Part shown: positions 28,258 through 41,728 of the stretch, piece after piece | Layout of the letters: every line of letters starts with the position of its first letter | Position numbering within the stretch: the first letter of the stretch is position 1 | NCBI GenBank assembly: GCA_951406725.2 | Contig: OX597826.1 | Location: 76,384,001-76,448,000, forward strand | DNA length: 64,000 bases | From: Octopus vulgaris | Lineage: Eukaryota | Direction of reading: 5' to 3' | The notes under the pieces: model-generated | Told to the model about the DNA's origin: nothing | The model's input: the letters and a program-made list of their open reading frames with translations, nothing else | Database searches by the model: none | Position numbers and translations under genes: made by a program

Positions 28258-28481
28258 GAGGTTATAAGAGGTAATGGTGTCAGTAAAACTCAAAGGTATC
28301 AGGTAATGCTGAGTAAGTGCTGTGGACAGACCATAGTTAAGCTCCAGGTTCGGTGATTATGTGAATAAGGAGTCCAACTTAGGTTATGTATATATGCGTA
28401 TGTATATATATATAATGTTTTTTTCAGAATGAGATAAAAAACCAAGGCTGTGAAGATTTTAGAACATTTATAAATGGAAGG

Positions 28482-28527
28482 TCTTACAGCTGTTTCCAGG
28501 ATAATTATTATATCCCTTCAACGGAGG
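28482..28527 (-). ncRNA. Degenerate minimal hammerhead motif
   Basis: CCU-CCGUUGA-AGGGAU(AUAAUAAUU)AUCCUG-GAAA-CAGCUG-UA-AGA. Confidence 0.5.
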
Positions 28528-28630
28528 CGCAAGTAGAATTAATAATGGAGAAACGAAAATAAAACTTTGGAAACAGCCTAATGAGAGATAATGGAGAAAG
28601 ACTTGAAAGTGAACGTATGATTGTAATTAC

Positions 28631-28826
28631 ATAAAGTAAAGTAAATATAACAAATAATCCAGAATCCTTGTCCGGTACCAGATCAATCCCAAAATGTGCC
28701 AGCCGCGAGGCTAAGCATCCCTGAAAGTTTCACCCGAATCCATCAAGCGGTTCGTGAGATATCTTGTCCACAGACAAACAAAGTAGGCTGAAAACAATAC
28801 CTCCGCCTTCCCTAAGGTGGAGCTAA
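28631..28826 (+). mobile_element. DINE-1/Helentron-like non-autonomous element 3' part
   Basis: aagtttca...aatccatcaagcggttcgtgagatatc...acagacaaac...aaacaatacctccgccttccctaaggtggag terminal hairpin. Confidence 0.6.
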
Positions 28827-28959
28827 AACACTAACAAGTAGTAAAAGCAATACACTTCTCATATAAACACACGACATCAGGAAGTGTAGAATTTACAGAA
28901 TAAAAAGCAAAAACCTTTAGAAAAAGAATTAGAAGACTTTGCTTCAACCGATTCCTCTA

Positions 28960-30270
28960 ATCAATAGCTGATAGTCAAAGTTTAGATCGGCCAAAATCCT
29001 GAAATCTAAATGAAGCGAAACACAAACAGGCTTTGTTAAAGTGATCAGAAGGTATGGCAATTTTGGAGCCGATTCATACTGCCATTGCAAAGTCTTTTGA
29101 GGAACAAATAAACATTGAATCAGAGTCTGCATTTAGTGAAGGATGACTTAGGAACTTCAAGTCTCATCATGTTATGGTAGTTTGATATCACCGAATAAAG
29201 ATGGCCGGCTGGTACACAAGCATTAATAAAATATAATAAATCTGCAAAAAATTGTAAATGAGTTTGATCTTTCAGCCAATCAAAATTTAAAATGGTGATA
29301 AAACAGGGGTTTATAGGAAGTATTTACAAGATAAATCTTTGGCCGGAAACCAAGAACAAAATGCTAACAATGTTTAAGACGAATAAAGAATTAACCGTTC
29401 TGACATGTGCCAATAATTCATGTCTATAACGAAAGTTAACGTTTTGGTAATTGGCACATTTAAGTGCACACGGCCTTTTAACAAAATTGTAGACTTGTGT
29501 GGGGTTTGCAAAACTCAAGAAAGTGCTTGACTGGAGAAAAACAATTTTCATGATTTCTTACTTCATACTTTTGTTGCACTCGTTCGTCAGAGCTTAGGAC
29601 TTTGAAGAAGCCTGAAAAAAGAAGGGTCTGCTATTCCTGGATAACGGCGGAACACACCCACATGGACGAAACCCACTGTCTGATTGTAGCATTATTTGTG
29701 CATGTGATTTGTTATGAAACATAATAACCCTGACTCAATCCATGTTTCACTCATTGGGAACTCTAAATGTCAATATTAACATTATTTTTATGACGAAAAT
29801 TACAACTTTATACAGCTTTTACGTTCAAAATGACTTGTGACTTCATGGCAAGTAGGCAAGCCTGAAATATTTTTAAGAACTTGGCCAAAGTTATGGACGA
29901 ACATTAAGATTTAGAGTGTGATGAAGATGAAGATTTTGAAGGATTCCATATAATGTAGAGGATATCAGAAATGCAAGATCTGGTGGAACCTGTTCTTTTA
30001 TATCTGTTCAATTATATCTTGAACCTGTTCAATTATATCTAGAAGACAATATTTGCAAATATTTTTCTGCTGCCATAGAAGAATGGATACGCACCCAAGA
30101 TTATTTGAAAGTTGCAACCATTTTCACTGATCGAGAAATCATTCAAAGCATTACAATTCCTTAGAAAATAGAACAGAGTTGTTCAGAAGATCTGGTGTGT
30201 ATTAGGCAACAAAGTTGAGGAAAACATATTTTAGACAATCGCAGAAAAATGCATTGAAAGAGATTTTAAA
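28960..30270 (+). mobile_element. pogo/Tigger transposase fossil
   Basis: Broken peptides AFSEG*LRNFKSHH (CENP-B HTH), QI*NGDKTG, LTVLTCANNS, VLVIGTFK, LLFLDNGGTHP and EDEDFEGF occur in the expected order. Confidence 0.8.
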
Positions 30271-30984
30271 GACAATATTATACACGGAGAGAAGATATAT
30301 TGGGCTATACGAAAGAACAACAAAACGGTTAATAATAAGTTTGTGGAAGAGAATCATAGATTCAGTTTACGATCTTTTATGCTTGAACACTTGACTGAGA
30401 ACAATGTTATCACAAATATATTACAAAGTCGAAAACAAGATAATGTACCAAAATATTTCAAGAAAGCCAGAGAAACGCTAAGGAGTGCAGCAGATGCACT
30501 AAAAGCTCCCAGGTTATAAACAAGAACCAACACAATTCGTGCAAATGAACGAATTTTTATTTGTTTTTTTATTATTTCGTATTTTATATTTTGCATTTCG
30601 TTAATATGCTAAAAATAAATAATCGATTTCTATAGAATAGCTTCTGTTTTCATTTGCTTATTAGATTATTTTTAAAAAATGTTCATTTTTAAATAGGATT
30701 TCAAACTTCACAAACACATTCTTTCGTTGTAATAAATATTTGTTTTCAATTTTTTTGTGAAGTGTTCAATTAATTTTCCTTTAAAATTGCTTATTTTGAT
30801 GAATAAAGTAGGCCGCCGTTCTTCCTGATGAATGATTTAAGCAAGTTTAACAGGACACCGCTTCTTAACTTCTCCTTAATTCCATTATAGCGTTATATTT
30901 GAAATTTAAAAATGCTGCTCGAGAATAAGGCAAAAATTTAAAGATAAGGTGAGACCCAAGATACACACACACACACACTCACCA

Positions 30985-31057
<73 letters not shown>

Positions 31058-31431
31058 TATATATAGAAGGCAGTTATGAGTGTGCGTATCTTAACTTTAG
31101 AACTTAAAAATACCAAAGGGGGATAAAGTTAGTTATTTTACATTTTGCAACTCTTTAAGTTATGTATAGGAAACTCTATCGTATGTAAATGCACGCACGC
31201 ATGCATACACACACATAAATACTTGCATATATGTATGTATGTATGTACGTACGTATGTACGTATGTATGTATGTATGTATGTATGTATGTATGTATGTAT
31301 GTATGTATGTATGTATGCATGCATGTATGTATTTATGTATGTATTTATGTATGTCTGTCTGTCTGTCTGTTTGCATGTATGTATTTATGTATGTATGTAA
31401 GCTTGCGCGCGCGTGTATATAGTATTTTGGT

Positions 31432-31613
31432 ACTGATGTTAGTCTCCACCGGTATCGGTTTGTTATGTCAACGTAACATAACAGTTCGGCATAAGCGCCC
31501 GACAGAATAAGTAACAGGCTGAAAAATGTAGTGGGGAGCTATTTGTTCGACTAAACCGTTCAAGACGATGCCCCAGCATGGCCGCAGACAAATGATTGGA
31601 AAAAGTAAAAGAT
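31432..31613 (+). mobile_element. Decayed SINE family B 3' part
   Basis: gttcggcataag...agaataagta...ccccagcatggccgcag...gtaaaaga. Confidence 0.7.
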
Positions 31614-31687
31614 GAACTTTCCCTCTCTTTCTCTCTCTCTCTCTCTATCTATCTTTCCAACTACCTATCTATATATGTATGTATATA

Positions 31688-32781
31688 TCTATATATATAT
31701 ATATAAAACTCAACTTGTGTGTCTGTGTGTGTATCTGTGTGTGTGTCTGGGTGTTTAACTTCCCGGCACATCTCCTAGCCAACAAATCGTAGAACCACAA
31801 AAAATGGGTCTCTTAAAGTTTAGGCGAATGAAAATTGAACTGCGCTATTTCTGTTCCGAAATTCATCTCGATAATGTGTTTGTTTAGGCCTCATCCCATG
31901 CACTGAATAGTGAACTTAGTCAGCTGTTTGACGTGAACTGTGTTCACCACGCTTGCAAGCATGCGTAAATTGCATGAAAAATAAAAAATCAAGATATAAA
32001 AACGAATCGCCGTAAACATTGTAGAAATTCGGCAAAGAAATGAATTTTCGGGATGTAGCCTGGAGGGTTTTTTCGTATTAATCGTTTGGACTTTGTGAAC
32101 ACATACCAATTGTTTTCATAACATTTTTAACGCTTTGAATTAAATGTGACCATTTTGCGTTGAGTCTGCAGTTTGAATCACTTTAACCAAATTTTAGCAG
32201 GCCGGATTTTTGATCATCACGATACATCGCCAGCGACTCCCTGAAACTCTCCCCTGAAATCCCTGTTGAGAAATCTCTATATATAAAACTTAACTTGTGT
32301 GTCTGTGTGTGTATCTGTATGTGTGTCTGTGTGTTTAACTTTTGGATCTACCAAGTTTCATTATTAAGGATGGAAAGTAGTGTGTAGCAAATCTATATAT
32401 ATAAAGCTGAAGTTGTCTGTGTGTGGCAGTTTTGATAGCCTTCAACTAACACTATCTCCTTCGAGACCCTGCGGCGCAAGTTGACCAAAATTGAGAGTAT
32501 GATAGAAGAAGGCTTGCTTTTCATTCTGTAGAAGATAAAATTCAAATCGGACCATGTTAACACCAAAAATTATTTACATCAAAAACGTGCTTCTTTTCTA
32601 TGAAAATCCCTATTTTTTACGAGATTTGACTGCTGTGTCACCATTTTTCGGTGTATTTGAACTGGAAAAAAATGTTCACTTGAAGAGAATAACAAGTTAC
32701 ATAATGCAAAATTTTTACTTTTCAAAAATTCCAATTCTAAAGGGTCGAAACAAACCCAAGCAACACCGGGTGATACTGCTA

Positions 32782-32782
<1 letters not shown>
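31688..32782 (+). mobile_element. Composite Helitron: three 5' ends (31688, 32274, 32392) and one 3' end
   Basis: Each head is TC(tata)n-aaa-ct(c/t/g)aa(c/g)ttgt. Single cccaagcaacaccggg-tgatactg-CTAG|T end at 32782. Confidence 0.8.
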
Positions 32783-32833
<51 letters not shown>

Positions 32834-33012
32834 AAGTATAGTATAAATATTTATATGGATGTATATATATGTATATAAATATATATGTGTGTGTAGTATG
32901 TGCAAAAGGTGTGTTCAATTCTCTATGTGTATTATTATGTTCCTCCGTAGCGAGTGAGCACGCGGACTCAAGTGTCGAGCAGGAGTAAGACACAGACATA
33001 AACACAGACACG

Positions 33013-33095
<83 letters not shown>

Positions 33096-33256
33096 GCGCA
33101 CACACGCAGTCACACACACTACTCTCCTCCTCTCGCACACACCCCCTCCACAGATAACCCACAAACAAACATACACCAAAAAAAGAGAGAAAATGAAAAT
33201 AGGAATCTTGCTATAATATATGTGTGTGTGTGTATATATATATATACATACATATA

Positions 33257-33295
<39 letters not shown>

Positions 33296-33360
33296 ACCTA
33301 TATATATATGTATGTATGTATATATATATATGTATATATATATATGTGTATGTATGTGTG

Positions 33361-33400
<40 letters not shown>

Positions 33401-33588
33401 TATATGTAAGCATGTGAGTACATATATATATATGTATAGATGTATGTCTGTGTATATATATATGTATATATATATATATATATATATTTTGTATGTGTGT
33501 GAATGTATACATTTATATGTAAGTGTACGTGTGTATATATGCATGTGCATATATGTATATATAATATATATGAATGTGTGTGTACATA

Positions 33589-33650
<62 letters not shown>

Positions 33651-33909
33651 AAGAGCCAGGTAAACAGAAATTTATCGACAGACACAAACAACAAGATAAT
33701 TAAGACAACCAGCTGGCCAGCGAACTCCGTAGGTGGTTAGGTGGCTACAGAGTGAGATAGAGCCGACCAATGAGACAGTCAGGCATGGCCATATATATAT
33801 ATGTGTATGCGTGTGTGTGTGTGTGTGTGCGTGCGCGCGTGTTTGTGTATGCGTGTGTATTTGTGTGTGGGTGTGTGTGTATGTTATATATATATATATA
33901 TATGTATAT

Positions 33910-33959
<50 letters not shown>

Positions 33960-33995
33960 TATATATTATATATATATTATCTATCTATCTATTTA

Positions 33996-34090
<95 letters not shown>

Positions 34091-34179
34091 CTGTGTGTAT
34101 GTGTTTGTATGTATATATGTACGTACGAATATATTAATATAAACATATGTATGCATTTATTATATATATATATATATAC

Positions 34180-34218
<39 letters not shown>

Positions 34219-34569
34219 ACACAAACAAGTGTAAACAGACACACACACACACACACACGCGCACACAAACACAAATACACACGCACGCACACACATACGG
34301 TTACGTGTGTAAACAAATTTCCATAACTTTCTTGCAAGTACCAGTTGGGAATACGGTTTCTAGTTTTGCATTTCATTTCTGTTTGTTTTGAACCCCTCCT
34401 TTCCTATCTTCTTTCCCAAACAGCACCTGTACGTACAGCATCCTTCCCAATAACGTTTATCTCTTCATATTTGTGAGCTGTGCGTTTATGTGTGTACATA
34501 CGAACGCACGTACGCATGCGTGCTTGTTTACATACGAGCTGTATATGTACGCCTATGCATGTTTGTTGA

Positions 34570-34711
<142 letters not shown>

Positions 34712-34859
34712 GTATGTATATATATGTATATATGTTTGTGTGTATATGAATACAAATGTATATATATTCATTTGCATGTGTATATAATTGTATATGCATG
34801 TATGTATATACAAACTTTTCGATATATACACAAGCACACACCGGTACACCTATGTATGT

Positions 34860-34893
<34 letters not shown>

Positions 34894-35055
34894 ATGCTAT
34901 TATTCCATTTTTATTATAATAACCAGATAAGAGCTTTTCTAGTTTCCCCACCCTTTTAAATTCTTAAATAGTGTCTTAGAACTATAATTGCAAAACGGGG
35001 GGGAAAAAACAACACCAGAAGAACAAAAGAAAATATAAGCAAGATTAAAAGCCCA

Positions 35056-35790
35056 CCATCACCACCACCACCACCACCACCACCACCACCACCACCACCA
35101 CCACTACCACCACCACCACCACCACCACCACTACCACCACCACCACCACCACCACTACCACCACCACCACCACCACCACCACCACCACCACCACCACCAC
35201 CACCACCACACTATAACCACCACTACCACCACCACCACCACCACCACCACCACCACCACCACCACCACCACCACCACCACCACCACCACCACCACTACCA
35301 ACACTATAACCACCACTACCACCACCACCACCACCACCACCACCACCACCACCACCACCATCACCACCACTACCAACACTATAACCACCACTACCATTAC
35401 CACCACCACCACCACCACCACCACCACCACTACCAACACTATAACCACCACCACCACCACCACCACTACCAACACTATAACCACCACTACCACCACCACC
35501 ACCACCACCACCACCACCACCACCACCACCACCACCACCACCACCACCAACACTATAACCACCACTACCACCACCACCACCACCACCACCACCACCACCA
35601 CCACCACCACCACTACCAACACTATAACCACCACTACCATTACCACCAATAATACTACTAACACAACCGACAACAATCAGCAACTATAACCGCCACCATT
35701 GCCGCCGCCCTCATGTCACCACTACCACCGCCACCATTACCACCACTACCACCACGACCATCACCACTGCCGCCACCACCACCATAACTA
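35056..35790. repeat. (ACC)n microsatellite with recurring aacactataaccaccactacc cassette
   Basis: Cassette recurs about six times between variable ACC runs. Yields a Gly-rich ORF (GGSGGYSV) on the minus strand. Confidence 0.9.
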
Positions 35791-36142
35791 TTAACAACAA
35801 TCACAATCACAACAGCAAGGGGAAAGGGGAAGAAAAAGAAATGGGCAACAAAAGACAAAAACATTCGACAAAAGAAAAGAAAAAAATGGTAATCGACAAG
35901 AATATGAATATATAAATATATATAATGTAGAGAAAAGATGCATAAAATATGATGAGATGATTACGACGACGACGGCGATGACGATGATGATGATGAATAT
36001 GATGATTGTTGTGATATTGAAGGTGAGTGATAGATACGACTATATTAATAGCGACAACAACAAAACAGGCATCCGGCAATATTATTTACGAAAGCCAGAA
36101 CTAGTAATATTAATAACAGTAATAATAATAATAATAATAATA

Positions 36143-36294
36143 CCGTCACTTAGCGGTTCGGAAAAAAGAGACCGATAGAATAAGTACTGGGCTTACGAAA
36201 AGAATAAGTCCCGGGGTCGAGTTGCTCGACTAAAGGCGGTGCCCCAGCATGGCCGCAGTCAAATGACTGAAACAAGTAAAAGAGTAAAAGAGAG
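36143..36294 (+). mobile_element. SINE family B 3' part
   Basis: cttagcggttcggaaaaaagagaccgatagaataagtact...gtaaaagagtaaaagag. Confidence 0.9.
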
Positions 36295-36738
36295 TATACC
36301 GTGGTTATTGTTAATAATAATAATAATCGTACTAGGATGAGTCAAAAGATTCTTGTATGTCAAGCGATAACTAAATGATGAAACAAATTACGTACGTAAA
36401 GTGTTTATATCCCGTCGTATTCTATTGTCTGTTGCCATCGTTCTTGTACCAAAAGCTCAATTCCTCGTTTATACCATTTGGCTGGTTTACAAACAAAAAC
36501 CCTCCCTGCAACCGTTTTTAACCTCATCCATATTGTTGAATCTCCTTCTGTTTGGGGGAAAAAAAAGCTGTGGCTCGGAAAAGCTTCTCATTTGATGGTG
36601 CAAGGTCTGGAGAGGAAGCAGGCTAAAGCAGGAATTCCAGCCCCTTAGTTTCCACATGTTTGCATTTGGTTACATTAGCAGAACATTATTTACATTATTT
36701 ACATTTGACGGATATTTGTCCTCATCTTCTTTGTTGTT

Positions 36739-36787
36739 AACACAATGTTTCGGCTGATATACCCTCCAGCCTTCATCAGGTGGTGTC
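36739..36787 (-). ncRNA. Minimal hammerhead motif
   Basis: GACAC(CAC)-CUGAUGA-A-GGCUG(GAGGGUAUAU)CAGCC-GAAA-CA-UU-GUGUU. The right-arm copy at about 37618-37644 keeps CUGACGA but has lost stem II. Confidence 0.7.
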
Positions 36788-36853
36788 TTGGGGAAATTTC
36801 GAACCTGGGTTCTCATTCCTAAGATATTTTTCGATCTTCTTCTTCTTCTTCTT

Positions 36854-36964
<111 letters not shown>

Positions 36965-37420
36965 GAGTGAGAAAGTATTGCATACCATCAAAGTGACACG
37001 AAGCCCAGTATACCCATCATGACTACCCGTCTGATAAGGGTACACTAGTCACATGCATTACAACCATATGTGCGCGTCATGATGATCTCATATGAAGATA
37101 AACAGCATATGACCTTGCAGATGGGGCCCAGTTAGAATTTTCTTCTGGTCGAGTAACCCATCCCTCTCAAAAGGTCCCTGAATAAAGGTTGTTTAAGGAC
37201 GTTGAACGAAACACCCATGTTTCAAGAGGTGAATTATTCAAACACCAAAGAATCCCTCTCAACACATGGCTATGATGCTCCCCCACTACTTCTGCTCGTG
37301 ATCAGAGATGCACATATCGTCAGCCACTAAGGGACATGCTCAACTGGTTAAGGTCAAACAACTGACAAGCAAATCTGTGGTATTGAGCAGAATATTTGCT
37401 GTACTCCATCTTTTATACCA
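36965..37420 (-). mobile_element. Probable LINE 3' UTR fragment ending in (AAT)n, nested in the left arm
   Basis: Unique segment absent from the right arm. On the minus strand it ends ctttctcactc(aat)n. Confidence 0.5.
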
Positions 37421-37462
37421 ATCTTAGGTTTAGTAGCCCGCGCTCTTAGCCACTTCGCCATA

Positions 37463-37530
37463 TGCCTGTGGCGTAGTGGTTAAGAGCGCGGACTACTAAC
37501 CCAAAGATTCCGAGTTCGATTCAAAGCAGT
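37463..37530 (+). promoter_or_regulatory. tRNA(Arg)-like Pol III head (A and B boxes); not a functional tRNA
   Basis: A box TGGCGTAGTGG 37469-37479, B box GAGTTCGATTC 37512-37522. gactac..aagattcc resembles tRNA-Arg(ACG); acceptor and T stems are poorly paired. Confidence 0.75.
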
Positions 37531-38455
37531 GACCTGAACAACAACAACAACAACAACAATAATAATAACATCGAAAAATACCTTAGGAATGAGAACCCAG
37601 GTTCGAAATTTCCCCAAGACACCTGACGAATGCTGGAACGTGTTAACAATAAACACGATGAGGGCAAATATCTATCAAATGTAAATTATGTCAATAATTC
37701 CTCATCTTCTAGATATAGAACTACATTAACAGTGTTTGCTGAGACGTTGTCATGTTGTCGAAGTGCGCGTCTTCGATTGACCAATGCCAGGTTGCAGGTT
37801 TTCAAAGTATTATATACCCGCCGCAGTTGTTATGCATGACCATCTGGTTCAAACTCATAGTGTAACACCGCATCGCTATTCAACCAAACGCATAACATGA
37901 CCTTCGATTTAAACCACCCTCCCTTGACAACAGGTTCTAAAGCCTGGTTGGAACGAAGCCACTGTTTTTTCTTCTTAGGATTACAAAAACAGATGCATTT
38001 TTCATCTTCAGTTGCAATTCGACGCCAAAAACGGACATCACGATGATTTGCTTGCAGTTTGCAAATGTCCACTCGTTGTCGACGCTGGTCATTGGTCAGT
38101 TTATGAAGAAGCTTCTCTACAGCGTCTGTTCACAAGGTCGAGATTATGGCAGTGGCGATTAATGGGGCTTTGTGAAGGATCAAGTTCTGCTGACAATGTA
38201 CGAGTGTTTGTGCTTGACTGTTGGTCAACCGTTTCAAGGAAGCCCCATTTCTACAATAGAAGGTCTTCCTGAACTTGGTTTATCTTTGAGGTTAGTGTCA
38301 CCTTCCTTGAAGCGTGTGAACCACGTTTGGGCCATCCAGGTAGTTAATTTCTTTTGCCGTTATTCTTAGACTCTGTCTTTGCTCTGCGGGTTGCGTAAAA
38401 TGGCTCTCATCACAATTATTTCACCGCTTAATATTAAAGCTGTAAAATAAAGAAC

Positions 38456-38558
38456 AAACAATTAATTTTTATGTGTTATATATATGAATAAAGAATAAAG
38501 AATAAACAATTAATTTTTATGTGTTATATATATGAATAAAGAATAAAGAATAAACAAT
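38456..38558. repeat. Perfect 48-bp tandem duplication
   Basis: aaacaattaatttttatgtgttatatatatgaataaagaataaagaat at 38456 and 38504. Confidence 0.95.
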
Positions 38559-38984
38559 ACAGCAACGACTGGAGAAAAAAGACATGTATCAAATTCATGA
38601 TATAACATGGAGATACAAGTTGCCAAAAGTCATCAGTGAAAAATTGAACTGAAACTATCAATAAAGACGATAATAATAATAAGGATAATCACAATAGTAA
38701 AAACTCTTTTTAATTTTGGCGAAAGACCAGAAACTTTGAGAGGAAGGAGACGAAGAAGTGACAAAAACATTTCTTTTCTCTCCAATCAATATCATTGCCT
38801 GCTCTAGTAACGATTGCCAAGATTTGAAAGAACACCAAATAGAACGCATTCCAATCTTCTAGAATACGTGAGAGTAAGCTGGAAAGACGGCGAAAATGTT
38901 AGGCGCGTAATTTCAGTCACAATATGGATGTTTCGTTATTTGAAAGTTTGAACATCAGAACATGTGTGAGTATATACATACATA

Positions 38985-39024
<40 letters not shown>

Positions 39025-39115
39025 GGAGAATTTATTTAAAAAAAGCAAAAGACGAAGACAGGTGGTGTAGACAACAAACAGATGCATTAGTACAACGCTT
39101 GGGAAGTGAAAAAGT

Positions 39116-39151
39116 CTTTAACGTTTCGAGCCTACGCTCTTCTACAGAAAG
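39116..39151 (-). ncRNA. Minimal hammerhead-like motif (CUGUAGA core) in a dispersed repeat spanning about 39020-39230
   Basis: CUUU-CUGUAGA-A-GAGC(GUAG)GCUC-GAAA-CG-UU-AAAG. Confidence 0.6.
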
Positions 39152-40281
39152 GAACACAGAAAGAAACAAGGAGAGAAAATAAAGAATGTGTAGTGGCTAG
39201 CGATCTATCATGGCGAATGACGGACGGAAGGTTACAGCTGCTTCCACAATTTGCAGTAGACTCATTTTTGGGTGCCTGAATAACACCTTAGTTTCATCAG
39301 AGCTTCAAATATGAAGAGCAATTTATTTGGGAAAACGCATAAACTCGTGAATACGTGCATACTTACATACGTACATACACACCACAACATGCACGCATGA
39401 TAATTCCATTCTTGTTAGCAGAGGCCTCATACACTTCCACCATTCTGCACCACGCAAAGTTTTCTTTCTCAGGGTCCTCTGCTTCATGTTTTTGATATTA
39501 TCGCTCCATCTTCTTGTTTGTCGCATGCGAGACCCTTCACTGACCCTGCAAACTTCAGAAGATGCGGTAACAAAGTTTAGTTCAAATATTACAGCAGTTT
39601 TTCTCGTCTGGTCCTCAATACCAAATTGTGATCCGCTTGCATCTCCTCCATGATAGAATTGTTCGTTGTGCAGCCCACCCAACTGCTCCACAGTGCTTAC
39701 GTCATTTCCAACGCCCCTCGCTTCGTGTCGGCCAACCTATAAGCGTTACTGACCAGATCAAGGTTTTTACAAGTTCCAGCTGGAGCATCGTAAGTTGTTC
39801 TAACGAAACAAATTACCAGACATTTTTTTTTTTACCATGGACGCAGGCGTGGCTGTGTGGTAAGAAGCTTGCTTGCCAGCTTTTATACAATTATACTATA
39901 GACAAGCACTTGGACTTCGTTAGCTTAAGGATAAAGATAATCGGATGAAGACGAATTTTGACTGCGACGTATTTCTTTAATATATGTGTAGTTTACAACA
40001 CAGAGCGCATATTGTCTCTCAATTCTAGCGCTTGGAAAGTTATTAGCCAACAGAATTTATGCCTGATTATATACACGTTCAACACGTCATCTATATAGCC
40101 AGAAATAAATTCATTTGCGCGAAACAGGCCTGTTAACACTGATTAAATAGTGGCAGCCAGGTTAACTTCGTGTCAGAGCAGCCAACTGTCGCTGATGATT
40201 CTCATAGCTTATGAAATGAAATTCGCACGACAAAGGTATTTGCTGATATTTCATTCCATATTTCTTTGAATGGTAAAATCT

Positions 40282-40596
40282 TGTGTTTGAACTCGCCGTT
40301 TATTTCACACACAGGTTTATGTCATAGATTGTTTTTTTTTTAATCTAATTTAGTAAATACTGAGGAATATTTGTGAATTATACCCGAATTAATTAGACGC
40401 AATTATACCGCATGTCGTTTTTATCGAGTTTATCATATATACGCATACGCACACTCATACATCTTCGTACATGTACACACACTTACACTCACGCATATAC
40501 ATACGTGGATATATATAATATATACATTCATGCGTAGGTATATATATATATATATATATACATACATGCATACATACATACATATATATATGTATG

Positions 40597-40656
<60 letters not shown>

Positions 40657-40930
40657 CATGTATGTGTGTATATATATATATATACCTACGCATGAATGTA
40701 TGTATTATATATATCCATGTATGTATATGTGTGTGTGTACATGTACGAAGATGTATGAGTGTGCGTATGCGTATATATGATAAACTCGATAAAAACGACA
40801 TGCGGTATAATTGCGTCTAATTAATTCGGGTATAATTCACAAATATTCCTCAGTATTTACTAAATTAGATTAAAAAAACAATCTATGACATAAACCTGTA
40901 TTGTGAAATAAACGGCGAGTTCTAAACACA
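40282..40930. repeat. 650-bp inverted duplication centred on a (TA)n tract
   Basis: gaactcgccgtttatttcaca...cgagtttatcatatatacgcatacgcacactcatacatcttcgtacatg is mirrored on the right. Centre at about 40598-40622. Confidence 0.95.
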
Positions 40931-41059
40931 CACTTATACATATATATATATGTACAGAAAATTTAGATTTAGATTAATATGTGAAACAAGGTGGGAAAAT
41001 GAGTACTCAAATACCAGAGGTAGAGTAATATGGTTTATTTAAAAGTTTTGTTAACAAAA

Positions 41060-41097
41060 CTGCCCGACGAACGGGAACGTGAAACTCCGAGTAACAG
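41060..41097 (+). ncRNA. Minimal type-I hammerhead motif (CCGACGA core)
   Basis: CUGC-CCGACGA-ACG(GGAA)CGU-GAAA-CUCCGAG-UA-ACAG, followed by AAUAAA near 41124. Same family as 32-69. Confidence 0.72.
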
Positions 41098-41728
41098 CTT
41101 TTGTTATATTTCTGCTGCTTTTAAATAAAGTATATATATATATATATATATATATACAAACATGCTTGTATACATACATACATACATACATACATACATA
41201 CATACATACATACATACATACATACATACATACAAACATGCATACATACATATGTGTGTGTAGTTATGAGTGAACGTGGGTGTATAAGACGAGTTCCTGC
41301 ACAGTTTCGTCTACCGCATTCCACACACAACAGTTAGTGAACCTGAAACGACGTTAGAAACTCGATTTCGAGTATCAATAACAGACTTGTGGTTTGTGCA
41401 GCTAACCATTTAGATGTCTGGACATCGAACGCACTTCCTCTCCGCTCCATCTAAATAGAACGTGGAAGAATCAGAAGAGTCCGACCAAATACGCGTAATC
41501 GCATTTTAAGAAATCTATTTAATACCGATCAATATGTTGGAAACGTCTAAGCTTGGCTGAGAGGCTGCTACATCCATCCATTTTATTACCGATTCCTACA
41601 CCGTCTTAACGTACATATATGATAACGATCCGGCTGTAATGAGGGCGATAATTTTGGTCGTTCAGGCCCTGTTTGGGAAAATCCACCATCAACCTTAAAG
41701 CTTCGTTTTTACTACTATTTAGCTAAAT

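Noticed and set aside
30820-30856. CUGAUGA followed by a possible stem I partner
   Set aside because: GAAA and stem III are absent.
35200-35640. CRISPR-like repeat-spacer pattern
   Set aside because: The spacers are just ACC runs; eukaryotic context with no cas genes.
37463-37535. Functional tRNA gene
   Set aside because: Acceptor and T stems pair poorly, there is no oligo-T terminator, and it is embedded in a repeat.
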